From sequence record SRR20825019_1739: a DNA stretch of 32,141 bases; one strand, written 5' to 3'. The notes beneath the pieces are model-generated. The model was not told the origin of the DNA and did not search any database. It saw nothing but the letters and a program-made list of their open reading frames with translations. The translations under genes were made by a program, and so were the position numbers. Shown here in pieces: positions 9,103 through 16,903 of this stretch; position 1 is the stretch's first letter, and each line of letters begins with the position of its first letter.

Positions 9103-10507
9103 AGAACTTGTACCTTACCCGACCAGCAACATGAACAATGTCCTGATCGCTTTTGCCGTCCTGTAAGGCAGTTTCCTCCAGCGCATCCATGGCATCGCCT
9201 GATGCCAGGTATGCAGCTTCTGCCGACAGCTCAAGCGAAGGGTATGGGAGGTACGAGACCTTGGAGCCAAATTCCAGTCCGAGATCTTTTGAGGACGATC
9301 CATCGGCAAGTGCAATGTCCTCAGCCAAGCGGTTGTAGACAATCATTCCGCTGACCGTAATATTGGCCGCTACTTTATGATCGAGCTGTAGCTTGTTCAT
9401 GAAATACCCTTTGTCGAGGATATAGGGCGTTTCGGCGAAGTAGTCATCGCTCGTCATGTTTTCCTGAAAAATCATACTGTCGCTGAAGTCGACATCCGTG
9501 GCGATGAAGGCGTCGAAGTCCGCGTCTTGCTCATTGCCATCGCCCGATGCGTAGAGCACGGTGTACGTCAGTTGGTTTGGTCCAAATTGCAGCCCGAGCT
9601 CGCCGCGTCCCAGAAAGGTCGAAAGGTCATAGTTCGTATTGGGATTCCTAGCACCATTCAATGGGACGAAATTTACACCTTCTATTGTTCCGCTTTGGCC
9701 AATCACCGTACCCTTCACGAACATGCGGCCTAGCGACGTCTCCTGACCATAATCCATCTCCACCCCAAAGCTGGAAACGGAATATTTGGAGTTATCAGCG
9801 ATACTCTTCAGTTCATACTCCCTGCTATTTACCGTACCTACTCCCTCAGCAATTTGATCATTCATCTGATAGAGATAGAATAGGCCCGCGCTCAGGTTCG
9901 GTGAGTAACGCTTGTTCAGGTTGATCGCGAAGTTGTCCGCGCCATCCCAGCCTTCGTCCTGTTCTGAGTCGACGCCGCTCTCATTGGAAGAGTCACCTCG
10001 CCCCCATAACAACTGATAGTCAAATCCAGAGCCCAGTGAGCCTTTCCAAACAGCGGCTGTGGCGGTTTCAGTCCAGACATGTCGGTTCACTGACACTGGC
10101 TGCAAGCCCAGCGATACGCGCTGGGCTAGCGTGTTGGGCACCAAGAAATCCACATAAGCCCACCGTGTTTCGATGTTCACACCATCACCGGAATAGTCGC
10201 CACCCGCCCCCTCACCGTAGCGGATGCCACCAATCTCCGTCGCGAATACACCGGTAACTTTCTTGTCGTCGGAAGTTGCCTTCGCCCAGAAGCGATATTT
10301 GACCTCGCCGAAGCTCTCGGTCGGCTCGTCATCTTTCAGCGTACCGCCACCTGAGTTACCACCAGAAAACCAGTCTCTTTGATTGGTGTAAGCCTGAAAG
10401 CGGTTATCCATATCACCGTGGAATTCAATCTCCGCTGCCGTCGCGGCCCAACTTCCCGACAGTGTTGTCATCCCTGCAATCGCAGTGGCCAGAATGTTGC
10501 GTTTCAA
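9101..10507 (-). CDS. Outer membrane beta-barrel porin resembling Desulfobacterota-type major porins
   Basis: TTG start with GGAGG RBS, signal peptide, amphipathic strands and C-terminal RVRYKF. The segment GVFATEIG..YG....GGDYSGDGVNIETRWAYVDF recalls Desulfovibrio/Geobacter porins (from memory). Confidence 0.72.
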   Translation of the reverse strand: MKRNILATAIAGMTTLSGSWAATAAEIEFHGDMDNRFQAYTNQRDWFSGGNSGGGTLKDDEPTESFGEVKYRFWAKATSDDKKVTGVFATEIGGIRYGEGAGGDYSGDGVNIETRWAYVDFLVPNTLAQRVSLGLQPVSVNRHVWTETATAAVWKGSLGSGFDYQLLWGRGDSSNESGVDSEQDEGWDGADNFAINLNKRYSPNLSAGLFYLYQMNDQIAEGVGTVNSREYELKSIADNSKYSVSSFGVEMDYGQETSLGRMFVKGTVIGQSGTIEGVNFVPLNGARNPNTNYDLSTFLGRGELGLQFGPNQLTYTVLYASGDGNEQDADFDAFIATDVDFSDSMIFQENMTSDDYFAETPYILDKGYFMNKLQLDHKVAANITVSGMIVYNRLAEDIALADGSSSKDLGLEFGSKVSYLPYPSLELSAEAAYLASGDAMDALEETALQDGKSDQDIVHVAGRVRYKF

Positions 10508-10570
10508 TGTAATCCCCTCCAGTTTCTTTCTTGATTGTTTGTGATATCCGATTCGTACGGATCGTGGCGT

Positions 10571-10591
10571 AAATCTTAAAACCAGCTAGAA
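10571..10591 (-). promoter_or_regulatory. Degenerate direct-repeat box upstream of the 10507 porin
   Basis: Minus strand TTCTAGCTGGTTTTAAGATTT (12/20); CACGAT follows after 4 nt. Confidence 0.35.
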
Positions 10592-10607
10592 CAACGGACT
10601 AAAGGTC

Positions 10608-10638
10608 AAAAAAAAGGCGGGAATGAAGCATTCCCGCC
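10608..10638 (-). terminator. Intrinsic terminator
   Basis: Minus strand GGCGGGAATG-CTT-CATTCCCGCC followed by T8. Confidence 0.85.
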
Positions 10639-10660
10639 ATTAAATAACCTTAGTTAACTC
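10608..10660 (-). ncRNA. Candidate ~50-nt sRNA
   Basis: Lies between a strong regulator box (10678-10698) and an intrinsic terminator, with no ORF in between. Inference only. Confidence 0.3.
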
Positions 10661-10677
10661 GCAAGTAGGTTCTCACA

Positions 10678-10698
10678 CGAACCTTAAATGAACTTGAA
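10678..10698 (-). promoter_or_regulatory. Direct-repeat regulator box
   Basis: Minus strand TTCAAGTTCATTTAAGGTTCG (17/20). Confidence 0.65.
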
Positions 10699-10755
10699 AT
10701 CCGGAAAAGATTTCAGATACGTCGGTCTCCCTGTATTCAGCGATCACGCTCGACC

Positions 10756-11745
10756 CTACATGGAAAACTTATGCTCGAAGCCCACACCAAATGTGGAGTC
10801 CTCAGAGTCAGCCAAGTCCGCCTCCACCTGAGACACGTAAGCATAAACCTTACTCTTGCTAGCCAGTTTATAATCGAGCCCCAAGGCCAGCAGGGTTAGC
10901 TCCTCGTTTGTTGTCTCGGCTTCTGTCAGTCCGTACTGCGCCTTGATCTTCCAACGCTCAAGGTTAACGGCACCGCCAACCAGATAAGACGTATCTTCTC
11001 CAGGGCCATCGCTTTCTTCTGCCAACTGGTAAACTGCGCCGATCTCGAAGTTGCTTAATCGGACCTTCCCTACGGTTCGCAGGATATTGAGACGACTATC
11101 GCCACTTGAATCGGCTTCCAGTGAATCTTCGATATCAGAATCGTAGGCAATACTGCCGTAGAAATGGTCGTTCTCAAACGTAAAAGAGCTGGAAACTGCA
11201 TCCGCAGGTCTGTCGTTCTCTGCCCCAGCTGACTGCTCTTCACCCGGGATGACGGCAACACTAACGCCCACAGCATCAAACAGACGTGGAGAACTGTATT
11301 GAACAATGTTGCTGGTCCGATTTTCACCAGCCATGATATTTTTTATATCCGCCTGTAGGTCGTTGAACTGGTCAACCTTGCCCTGCGCTGACTTTAAAGG
11401 TGTATCAAATTTTCCCGCAATCAGTGCACCAAGGTTCGCCTGCTTGAAGCCACCGTAAATATTACGCTGCGAGAAAGTCTGGCCATCCTTATCTCCATCA
11501 TCAATCGATATTTCAAATTCTGCCTTGTAGATCGCCTCCAAGCCTTCGAGGTCGGTATTGAGCGCCCCTTTTACCCCCAGACGGGACGCATTACTCTGGA
11601 GCTTCCAGGTATCGCTATTACCGTCGTCCTGGTTTTCATACGAAACATTGGCTTTGCCATACAGGATAGGACCTTCCGCCGCTAGTGCATTCATTGAAGT
11701 TACTGCAACCCCACCAAACACCAACATTGATAGACACTTTTTCAT
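10756..11745 (-). CDS. Gram-negative general porin (Porin_4-like)
   Basis: Signal peptide; motifs LYGKANVS, SNASRLGVKG, QRNIYGG, GKFDTPLK, QYSSP, LDYKLASKSKVYA, GVGFEHKF. ATG 11745 has a GAGG RBS (alternative GTG 11751). Confidence 0.88.
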   Translation of the reverse strand: MKKCLSMLVFGGVAVTSMNALAAEGPILYGKANVSYENQDDGNSDTWKLQSNASRLGVKGALNTDLEGLEAIYKAEFEISIDDGDKDGQTFSQRNIYGGFKQANLGALIAGKFDTPLKSAQGKVDQFNDLQADIKNIMAGENRTSNIVQYSSPRLFDAVGVSVAVIPGEEQSAGAENDRPADAVSSSFTFENDHFYGSIAYDSDIEDSLEADSSGDSRLNILRTVGKVRLSNFEIGAVYQLAEESDGPGEDTSYLVGGAVNLERWKIKAQYGLTEAETTNEELTLLALGLDYKLASKSKVYAYVSQVEADLADSEDSTFGVGFEHKFSM

Positions 11746-11889
11746 GAGCACCTCTTCAGATTAGATAGATTCAAAATGACACTTGAAGTCTTTCAAATGC
11801 TGAGTAGATGGTGCTTTGCACTTATTGCAGAGTTGTTACATTTTTAAATTTTTTCTTTGTATTTCAACAACCTAAAACAAAAACCTTTT

Positions 11890-11921
11890 ATTATATCCTT
11901 TGACACTGAATTGAACTTGAA
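11890..11921 (-). promoter_or_regulatory. Direct-repeat regulator box plus perfect -10 upstream of the general porin
   Basis: Minus strand TTCAAGTTCAATTCAGTGTCA (17/20, 11921-11901), then 5 nt, then TATAAT (11895-11890). Confidence 0.75.
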
Positions 11922-12013
11922 TATAAGCGGCTGTCTTCGTACATCGCGTCGTGGGCACGGAAGCGCTTTCCGTCTGACGCCAGGTCATTCACTAAATTCT
12001 TCTGTTCGCTCCC

Positions 12014-12089
12014 TGTGGTGGCCCCCGCTAAACCGGACACCACCTTGTTAATTTGATGCCAGTTCTGCCCGGTATTCCCCGGGCGATCT
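12014..12089 (-). mobile_element. IS3-family (IS2-like) right-end remnant
   Basis: Minus strand encodes RSPGEYRAELASN*, resembling the RSPxEY C-terminus of IS3 OrfB. It is followed by GTGTCCGGTTTAGCGGGGGCCACCACA, an IS3-type terminal IR ending in CA. Confidence 0.6.
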
Positions 12090-12238
12090 AATTGTTCCGC
12101 CCGTTCACGCCCTTTTTCCAGCGACCGGCCTGCCAAGACAATGTTGCCGTCGATCCGTTGCCCCAAGAGTGTTGCAATAGCCGCCCCTGCAGCTCCGTGG
12201 CCACCAAGGATAAGTACGCTCTTGTTGCTCTGTCTCAT
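12090..12238 (-). pseudogene. Truncated saccharopine dehydrogenase-like NAD(P)-binding oxidoreductase
   Basis: MRQSNKSVLILGGHGAAGAAIATLL...IVLAGRSLEKG is a Rossmann N-terminus with an AGGAG RBS. After about 50 aa the frame runs into the IS remnant and non-homologous-looking sequence. Confidence 0.7.
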
Positions 12239-12267
12239 CGTTGCTCAAACTCCTTTTTGACGTACTC

Positions 12268-12298
12268 CAGTTCAACCCTTCAGTTACTACAGGGTCAA
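12268..12298 (-). promoter_or_regulatory. CadR/PbrR-type MerR operator-promoter (imperfect)
   Basis: Minus strand TTGACCCTGTAGTAACTGAAGGGT: -35 TTGACC overlapping the dyad. Confidence 0.7.
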
Positions 12299-12357
12299 AC
12301 CGCAAGTCGTCGAATCGCGGTGGGTTCACCAGTGTCGTCAAAACTAACAACTTAACG

Positions 12358-12388
12358 TTGACCCTGTAGTGACTACAGGGTTTTAAAT
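12358..12388 (+). promoter_or_regulatory. CadR/PbrR-type MerR operator-promoter
   Basis: TTGACC -35, perfect dyad ACCCTGTAGT-G-ACTACAGGGT (12361-12381), 19-bp spacer to TTAAAT. Confidence 0.88.
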
Positions 12389-12421
12389 AACGGAACTTGT
12401 GCGAGAACCGGAGCCGCGAAA

Positions 12422-13318
12422 ATGAGCAAACCCTGCGATGGACAGTGTGGCAGTGAAGATCCTGTCGTAAACAATGAGTTTCAGAGACCCGTCACCGCCG
12501 AAACAGGCAGTCAGCTCAGCACCTACAACGTGCCAAAAATGGATTGCCCTTCAGAAGAGCGAATGATTCGGATGGCGCTCACGGGCGTTTACAACATTCA
12601 GTCACTCTCATTCGACCTATCGAATCGAAAGCTGGAAATTATTCATCAGGGCGAAACAGGACCTATTACCAGCAAGCTGGAAACCCTGGGGCTGGGCGCT
12701 TCCTTGCAGAAGTCAGAAGAAGCCAGCCCTGAGTCCGTCAGGGCGGCTGAATCGTCTCATGCCAACGAGACTGAGGAATCCGGCACTTTATGGATACTGC
12801 TGGCAATCAACGGCCTGATGTTTCTGGTCGAGATGACGATGGGCCTGATCGCGCAGTCTGCTGGCCTAATTGCAGACTCGCTAGACATGCTTGCCGACGC
12901 TGCCGTCTACGGTCTTGCTCTTTACGCCGTTGGGCACGGCATCAAAATGCAGGTCAGAGCTGCGCATGTGGCTGGCATTCTCCAGCTTATCCTTGCCGTC
13001 GGTGTACTGGTTGAGGTTGGCAGGCGTTTTCTGTTCGGCAGTGATCCCCAGTCGTCAATGATGATGACCGTCGCCTCTGTTGCTCTCGTTGCCAACATCA
13101 GCTGCCTTCTTCTGATCGCAAAACACCGTGAAGGCGGTGCTCACATGAAAGCCAGCTGGATCTTTTCGGCCAATGATGTGGTTATCAATCTGGGAGTTAT
13201 CCTTGCGGGGCTTCTTGTTGCCTGGACCGGTTCAAACTATCCGGATCTGGTTATTGGCGGCGTTGTGGGAGGCATTGTATTCATTGGTGCCAAGCGCATC
13301 CTTGCACTAAAAGGATAA
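12422..13318 (+). CDS. Cation diffusion facilitator (Cd/Zn/Co) with N-terminal HMA-like domain
   Basis: N-terminal CDGQC and MDCPSEE HMA-like domain; CDF motifs SAGLIADSLDMLAD, SANDV, YPDL. Confidence 0.88.
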   Translation: MSKPCDGQCGSEDPVVNNEFQRPVTAETGSQLSTYNVPKMDCPSEERMIRMALTGVYNIQSLSFDLSNRKLEIIHQGETGPITSKLETLGLGASLQKSEEASPESVRAAESSHANETEESGTLWILLAINGLMFLVEMTMGLIAQSAGLIADSLDMLADAAVYGLALYAVGHGIKMQVRAAHVAGILQLILAVGVLVEVGRRFLFGSDPQSSMMMTVASVALVANISCLLLIAKHREGGAHMKASWIFSANDVVINLGVILAGLLVAWTGSNYPDLVIGGVVGGIVFIGAKRILALKG

Positions 13319-13322
13319 TTCG

Positions 13323-13859
13323 ATGTCTGAACACCGTGCTAGTTTTTCTACGTTTATCTTTCTCGGCTTTTCCACACTGGTAGCGCTGGCCGACCAGCTT
13401 ATTAAATGGCTCGTCCAGCAATCCATGGCTTACGGGCAATCGGTTGAGATCACTCCTTTCTTTAATTGGGTGCACGTATGGAATAAAGGCGCTGCCTTTA
13501 GTCTCTTCGCCGATGGCGGGGGCTGGCAGCGATATTTTTTTATTGCGATAGCCGTTGTCGTCTCGGCTGTTCTGGTCAAATTGATTCGGGACAGCCATAA
13601 GCGAACAGAAGCCCTGGCCTATGCGATGGTACTTGGCGGTGCATTCGGAAATGTCATCGACCGAGTTTTCCGAGGCTACGTTGTCGATTACCTGGATTTT
13701 CATTGGCAATCCTGGCACTGGCCGGCGTTCAATCTTGCCGACGTCTTCATAGTCCTGGGCGTGATCATGATTTCGGCCACTAGCTTTAGAACCCAAAAAA
13801 GTCCCGACGAACAAGTGGAAGACTCGCGCTCAAAAACGGGCAACTACGGAAGGGAGTAG
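13323..13859 (+). CDS. lspA: Lipoprotein signal peptidase II (metal-island copy)
   Basis: DQLIK, NKGAAFS, GGAFGNVIDR, VVDYLD and WPAFNLAD catalytic motifs. Confidence 0.93.
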   Translation: MSEHRASFSTFIFLGFSTLVALADQLIKWLVQQSMAYGQSVEITPFFNWVHVWNKGAAFSLFADGGGWQRYFFIAIAVVVSAVLVKLIRDSHKRTEALAYAMVLGGAFGNVIDRVFRGYVVDYLDFHWQSWHWPAFNLADVFIVLGVIMISATSFRTQKSPDEQVEDSRSKTGNYGRE

Positions 13860-13871
13860 GAGGAGGAATCA

Positions 13872-14222
13872 ATGCACAGTGAATTGAAACGCTTCTTTCG
13901 TGCGGAACTTCAGGCTGCCCACGAGGCAGAAAAACGGGGCGATATCCAGTCTGCCTTCACCCATCTTGAACGCGCCCATATCCTCAGCCAGAAATACGCT
14001 CTGGCGCACGCCGCAACTCATATACGGATGCTCAAACTGGGTTGGCGGACGAGAGATGCTCGCGAAGTCGTTGGGCAGTTTACTCGAGCGATTGCTGCCT
14101 TACTCTTCTCCCGCATCTGGGTTCCGGCTGGGAACACAGGGCGCGCAAACGTCAGCGCATTCGCGCCCATGCCGTTACCTGAGGATTTAGCACGCGTACT
14201 AAAGGAAACCCACGAACGGTAG
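13872..14222 (+). CDS. DUF3703 family protein
   Basis: HLERAHILSQ, GNTGRANVSAFAPMPLPEDL; strong GGAGG RBS. Confidence 0.85.
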   Translation: MHSELKRFFRAELQAAHEAEKRGDIQSAFTHLERAHILSQKYALAHAATHIRMLKLGWRTRDAREVVGQFTRAIAALLFSRIWVPAGNTGRANVSAFAPMPLPEDLARVLKETHER

Positions 14223-14261
14223 GTTTTCTCCCCAAGCAAGAGAAAAACCGACCGCAAATAT

Positions 14262-14292
14262 TTGACCCTGTAGCTACTACAGGGCTCATAAC
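14262..14292 (+). promoter_or_regulatory. CadR/PbrR-type MerR operator-promoter
   Basis: TTGACC, dyad CCCTGTAG-CTA-CTACAGGG (14266-14284), 19-bp spacer to CATAAC. Confidence 0.85.
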
Positions 14293-14323
14293 TGTGTACA
14301 AATCCTTGTTGATAGAGGCAGAC

Positions 14324-15223
14324 ATGCACGACCACAGTCACGATCATAGCCATCATTTCGACACTCATAACCGCTCATTTGCGATTGCGGTCATACTCAA
14401 TACGCTGTTTGTCGTCATCGAAGCGGTGTATGGGATTATTTCCGGCTCTCTGGCGCTGCTGGCCGACGCTGGCCACAACCTCAGCGATGTGATGGGTCTG
14501 ATTCTGGCCTGGGTGGCCAGTTGGCTCGCCAGTAAAGCCGCAACATACGGCAAAACCTATGGTCTGAAGAAAACCACCATCCTGGCGGCACTTTTCAACG
14601 CCTTGATTCTGATCGCCGCTGTTGGTGGCATCACCTGGGAAGCTATTCAGCGCCTGACGGAGCCTGCTGATGTCGCTGGCTTGACGGTCGTGATCGTGGC
14701 TGGCATTGGTGTGTTGATCAACGGCGCCACCATGATGCTTTTCCTCAAAGGGCAAAAAGGCGACATCAATATCCGCGGCGCCTTTCTACATATGGCCGCA
14801 GATACTGCAGTGTCAGTGGGCGTGGTAATCTCCGGTACGGTACTGATGTTCACCAACCTGGCCTGGATTGACCCCATCGTCAGCCTCATTATTGCCGTTG
14901 TGATCTTTATGGGCACCTGGCAGTTGCTGAAAGATTCCGTAAAACTGGCCGTCGATGCTGTTCCCAAGGGCATTGATCCTTCGGCCGTCCACGAACGCCT
15001 GGAGAATTTACCTGGTGTTCAATCGGCCCATCACCTTCACATCTGGGCACTGAGTACCACTGAAAATGCACTAACCGTTCACTTGGTGAAACCGGACCCC
15101 GAGAGTGACGACCGGATCATCAGCGAGGCCGCTGACATGTTGAACGAGCACTTTGGCATCCAGCATACAACCATCCAATGGGAGCGCGGTGACGATCAAT
15201 GCCCGAACACTAGCCACTGTTGA
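14324..15223 (+). CDS. czcD: CzcD/ZitB-type cation diffusion facilitator
   Basis: His-rich N-terminus MHDHSHDHSHH; SLALLADAGHNLSD, GAFLHMAAD, HHLHIWALST, HTTIQ; GAGG RBS before ATG 14324. Confidence 0.9.
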   Translation: MHDHSHDHSHHFDTHNRSFAIAVILNTLFVVIEAVYGIISGSLALLADAGHNLSDVMGLILAWVASWLASKAATYGKTYGLKKTTILAALFNALILIAAVGGITWEAIQRLTEPADVAGLTVVIVAGIGVLINGATMMLFLKGQKGDINIRGAFLHMAADTAVSVGVVISGTVLMFTNLAWIDPIVSLIIAVVIFMGTWQLLKDSVKLAVDAVPKGIDPSAVHERLENLPGVQSAHHLHIWALSTTENALTVHLVKPDPESDDRIISEAADMLNEHFGIQHTTIQWERGDDQCPNTSHC

Positions 15224-15258
15224 ACGCTATATTTACCGCATCAAGAGCGCCTGCCCCC

Positions 15259-16218
15259 ATGCGAGACTTAATTGAACGCCATCAGGTCTGGGCCTACCTC
15301 ATCGCTGTTGTCCTCGGCCTTTTCATCGGTTGGAAGACTTCTCCCGGCGAGATTGTGCCCGACTACCTGATCTGGGCACTACTGGGGGTTCTGCTCTACG
15401 CCACGTTTACCCAAACACCATTGACTCACCTGTCTGACGTACTCCGGGACCGTCGGTTCATGGGTGCCTTGCTCACCGGCAATTTTCTGGTGATGCCGGC
15501 GATCATCGCCTTACTGATATTGGCACTGCCGGACAATGACGCGCTGAAGTTGGGAATGCTTCTGGTATTACTGATGCCCTGTACCGACTGGTTTGTCACT
15601 TTCACTCACCTGGGCAAGGGGGACAGCACGCGAGCCATTGCGGCAACACCGGTTCTGCTGATTGCTCAATTGGGTCTTCTTCCACTTTACCTCTGGCTTT
15701 TCCTGGGCAATCAGTTCGACGTGAATCTTGAGCTTGGACGACACCTCCTGCCGGCCTTTGTCGGGCTGATTATTGTCCCGCTTATCCTCGCATTTCTGAC
15801 TGAAAAACGGGCCGAAAACTCCAGAAGAGTCACCGGGTTCATTCGCTTCATGGGCCTGATTCCGGTCCCTCTGCTTACAGTCGTACTTTTTATCATCACA
15901 ATGACACAGGTCAGTCAGATCACCAGTACCGGCCCACTCATCTGGCCCTTGATGATTGTGTTCCCGACCTATCTTCTAGCCGCGGCTCTGGTTGGAAAGG
16001 CTCTGCGCTGGGTCTTTCGATTACCGGTGGAAACCGGTCGCACCGTCACCTTCAGCCTTGGAACACGCAACTCCTTCGTGGTTTTACCTTTGGCACTTTC
16101 AATGCCAGAGGCGTGGGCTGCGGCCGTTGTAGTGATTGTCGTGCAGTCCCTGGTGGAACTGTTTGGAATGATGCTTTATCTGCGGTGGGTGCCTAGTCGG
16201 CTGCTACCAAACACCTGA
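15259..16218 (+). CDS. Acr3/SBF-family membrane transporter (arsenic-resistance-protein-like)
   Basis: Multi-TM protein with GNFLVMP, LLMPCTDW, FTHLGKGD and RNSFVVLPLAL. Alternative TTG start at 15220 overlaps the czcD stop. Confidence 0.8.
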   Translation: MRDLIERHQVWAYLIAVVLGLFIGWKTSPGEIVPDYLIWALLGVLLYATFTQTPLTHLSDVLRDRRFMGALLTGNFLVMPAIIALLILALPDNDALKLGMLLVLLMPCTDWFVTFTHLGKGDSTRAIAATPVLLIAQLGLLPLYLWLFLGNQFDVNLELGRHLLPAFVGLIIVPLILAFLTEKRAENSRRVTGFIRFMGLIPVPLLTVVLFIITMTQVSQITSTGPLIWPLMIVFPTYLLAAALVGKALRWVFRLPVETGRTVTFSLGTRNSFVVLPLALSMPEAWAAAVVVIVVQSLVELFGMMLYLRWVPSRLLPNT

Positions 16219-16264
16219 AAAGGTCTGACGCCAATTTAATCAAACTAAAATATGGAGATCTCAC

Positions 16265-16903
16265 GTGCGAACCCGAACCCTGGTCATCAGTCTTGTTCTT
16301 ATTTGTCTGGTTATCTTCGCGGCCGCTTTTGTTTATTACGATCGTTCTCAGGGTACTAATGAACCCGCCGTTGTTGAAAAAACGCCACTGGTGAGGGATT
16401 ACTCCCCCATTGTCGGCCCTGAGGGCGCTCAGGTAACCATTGTCGAGTTCTTCGACCCATCCTGCGAAGGCTGTCGCGCCATGTACCCTTATGTGAAACA
16501 GATTATGGCGGCCTACCCAGACAAAGTGCGCCTGGTATTGCGCTACGTGCTGTTTCACAAAGGCTCGGAAGAGGCCGTCAGAATTCTGGAAACCGCCCGC
16601 GAACAGGGGATCTACGAGCCGGTGCTTGACGCTGTCATGGAAGCCCAGCCCCAGTGGCATGACGATCCCGATGTCACCGCAGCATGGGATGCGGCGGAGT
16701 CAGCCGGGCTGGATGTAGAAGCCGCTCGGGCCGGTATGACCTCGCCTGAAATAAACGGCATTATTCAACAGGATGCTGCGGACGTTAAAGCGGTTGGAAT
16801 TTCCGGAACTCCAACATTCTACGTCAACGGAGAAAAGTTGAACCGGCTGGGCCCCCAGGAACTGTACGACCTGGTCACGTCCAAGGTAGAGTCATCGAAA
16901 TAA
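16265..16903 (+). CDS. DsbA/BdbD-like thioredoxin-fold protein
   Basis: N-terminal TM helix, TIVEFFDPSCEGC active site, GISGTPTFYVNG; GTG start with GGAG RBS. Confidence 0.88.
   Translation: MRTRTLVISLVLICLVIFAAAFVYYDRSQGTNEPAVVEKTPLVRDYSPIVGPEGAQVTIVEFFDPSCEGCRAMYPYVKQIMAAYPDKVRLVLRYVLFHKGSEEAVRILETAREQGIYEPVLDAVMEAQPQWHDDPDVTAAWDAAESAGLDVEAARAGMTSPEINGIIQQDAADVKAVGISGTPTFYVNGEKLNRLGPQELYDLVTSKVESSK

Noticed and set aside
12067-12084. GTATTCCCC within a small hairpin, resembling the start of a type I-E CRISPR repeat
   Set aside because: Single copy, no spacers and no cas genes; better explained as transposase-coding remnant.
11891-12238. 115-aa ORF as an intact gene
   Set aside because: Its C-terminal half reads through the IS remnant and the porin promoter; called as a pseudogene fragment instead.
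12105-12350. 81-aa ORF in the position expected for cadR
   Set aside because: No MerR helix-turn-helix or Cys pattern, and it overlaps an operator and the pseudogene.
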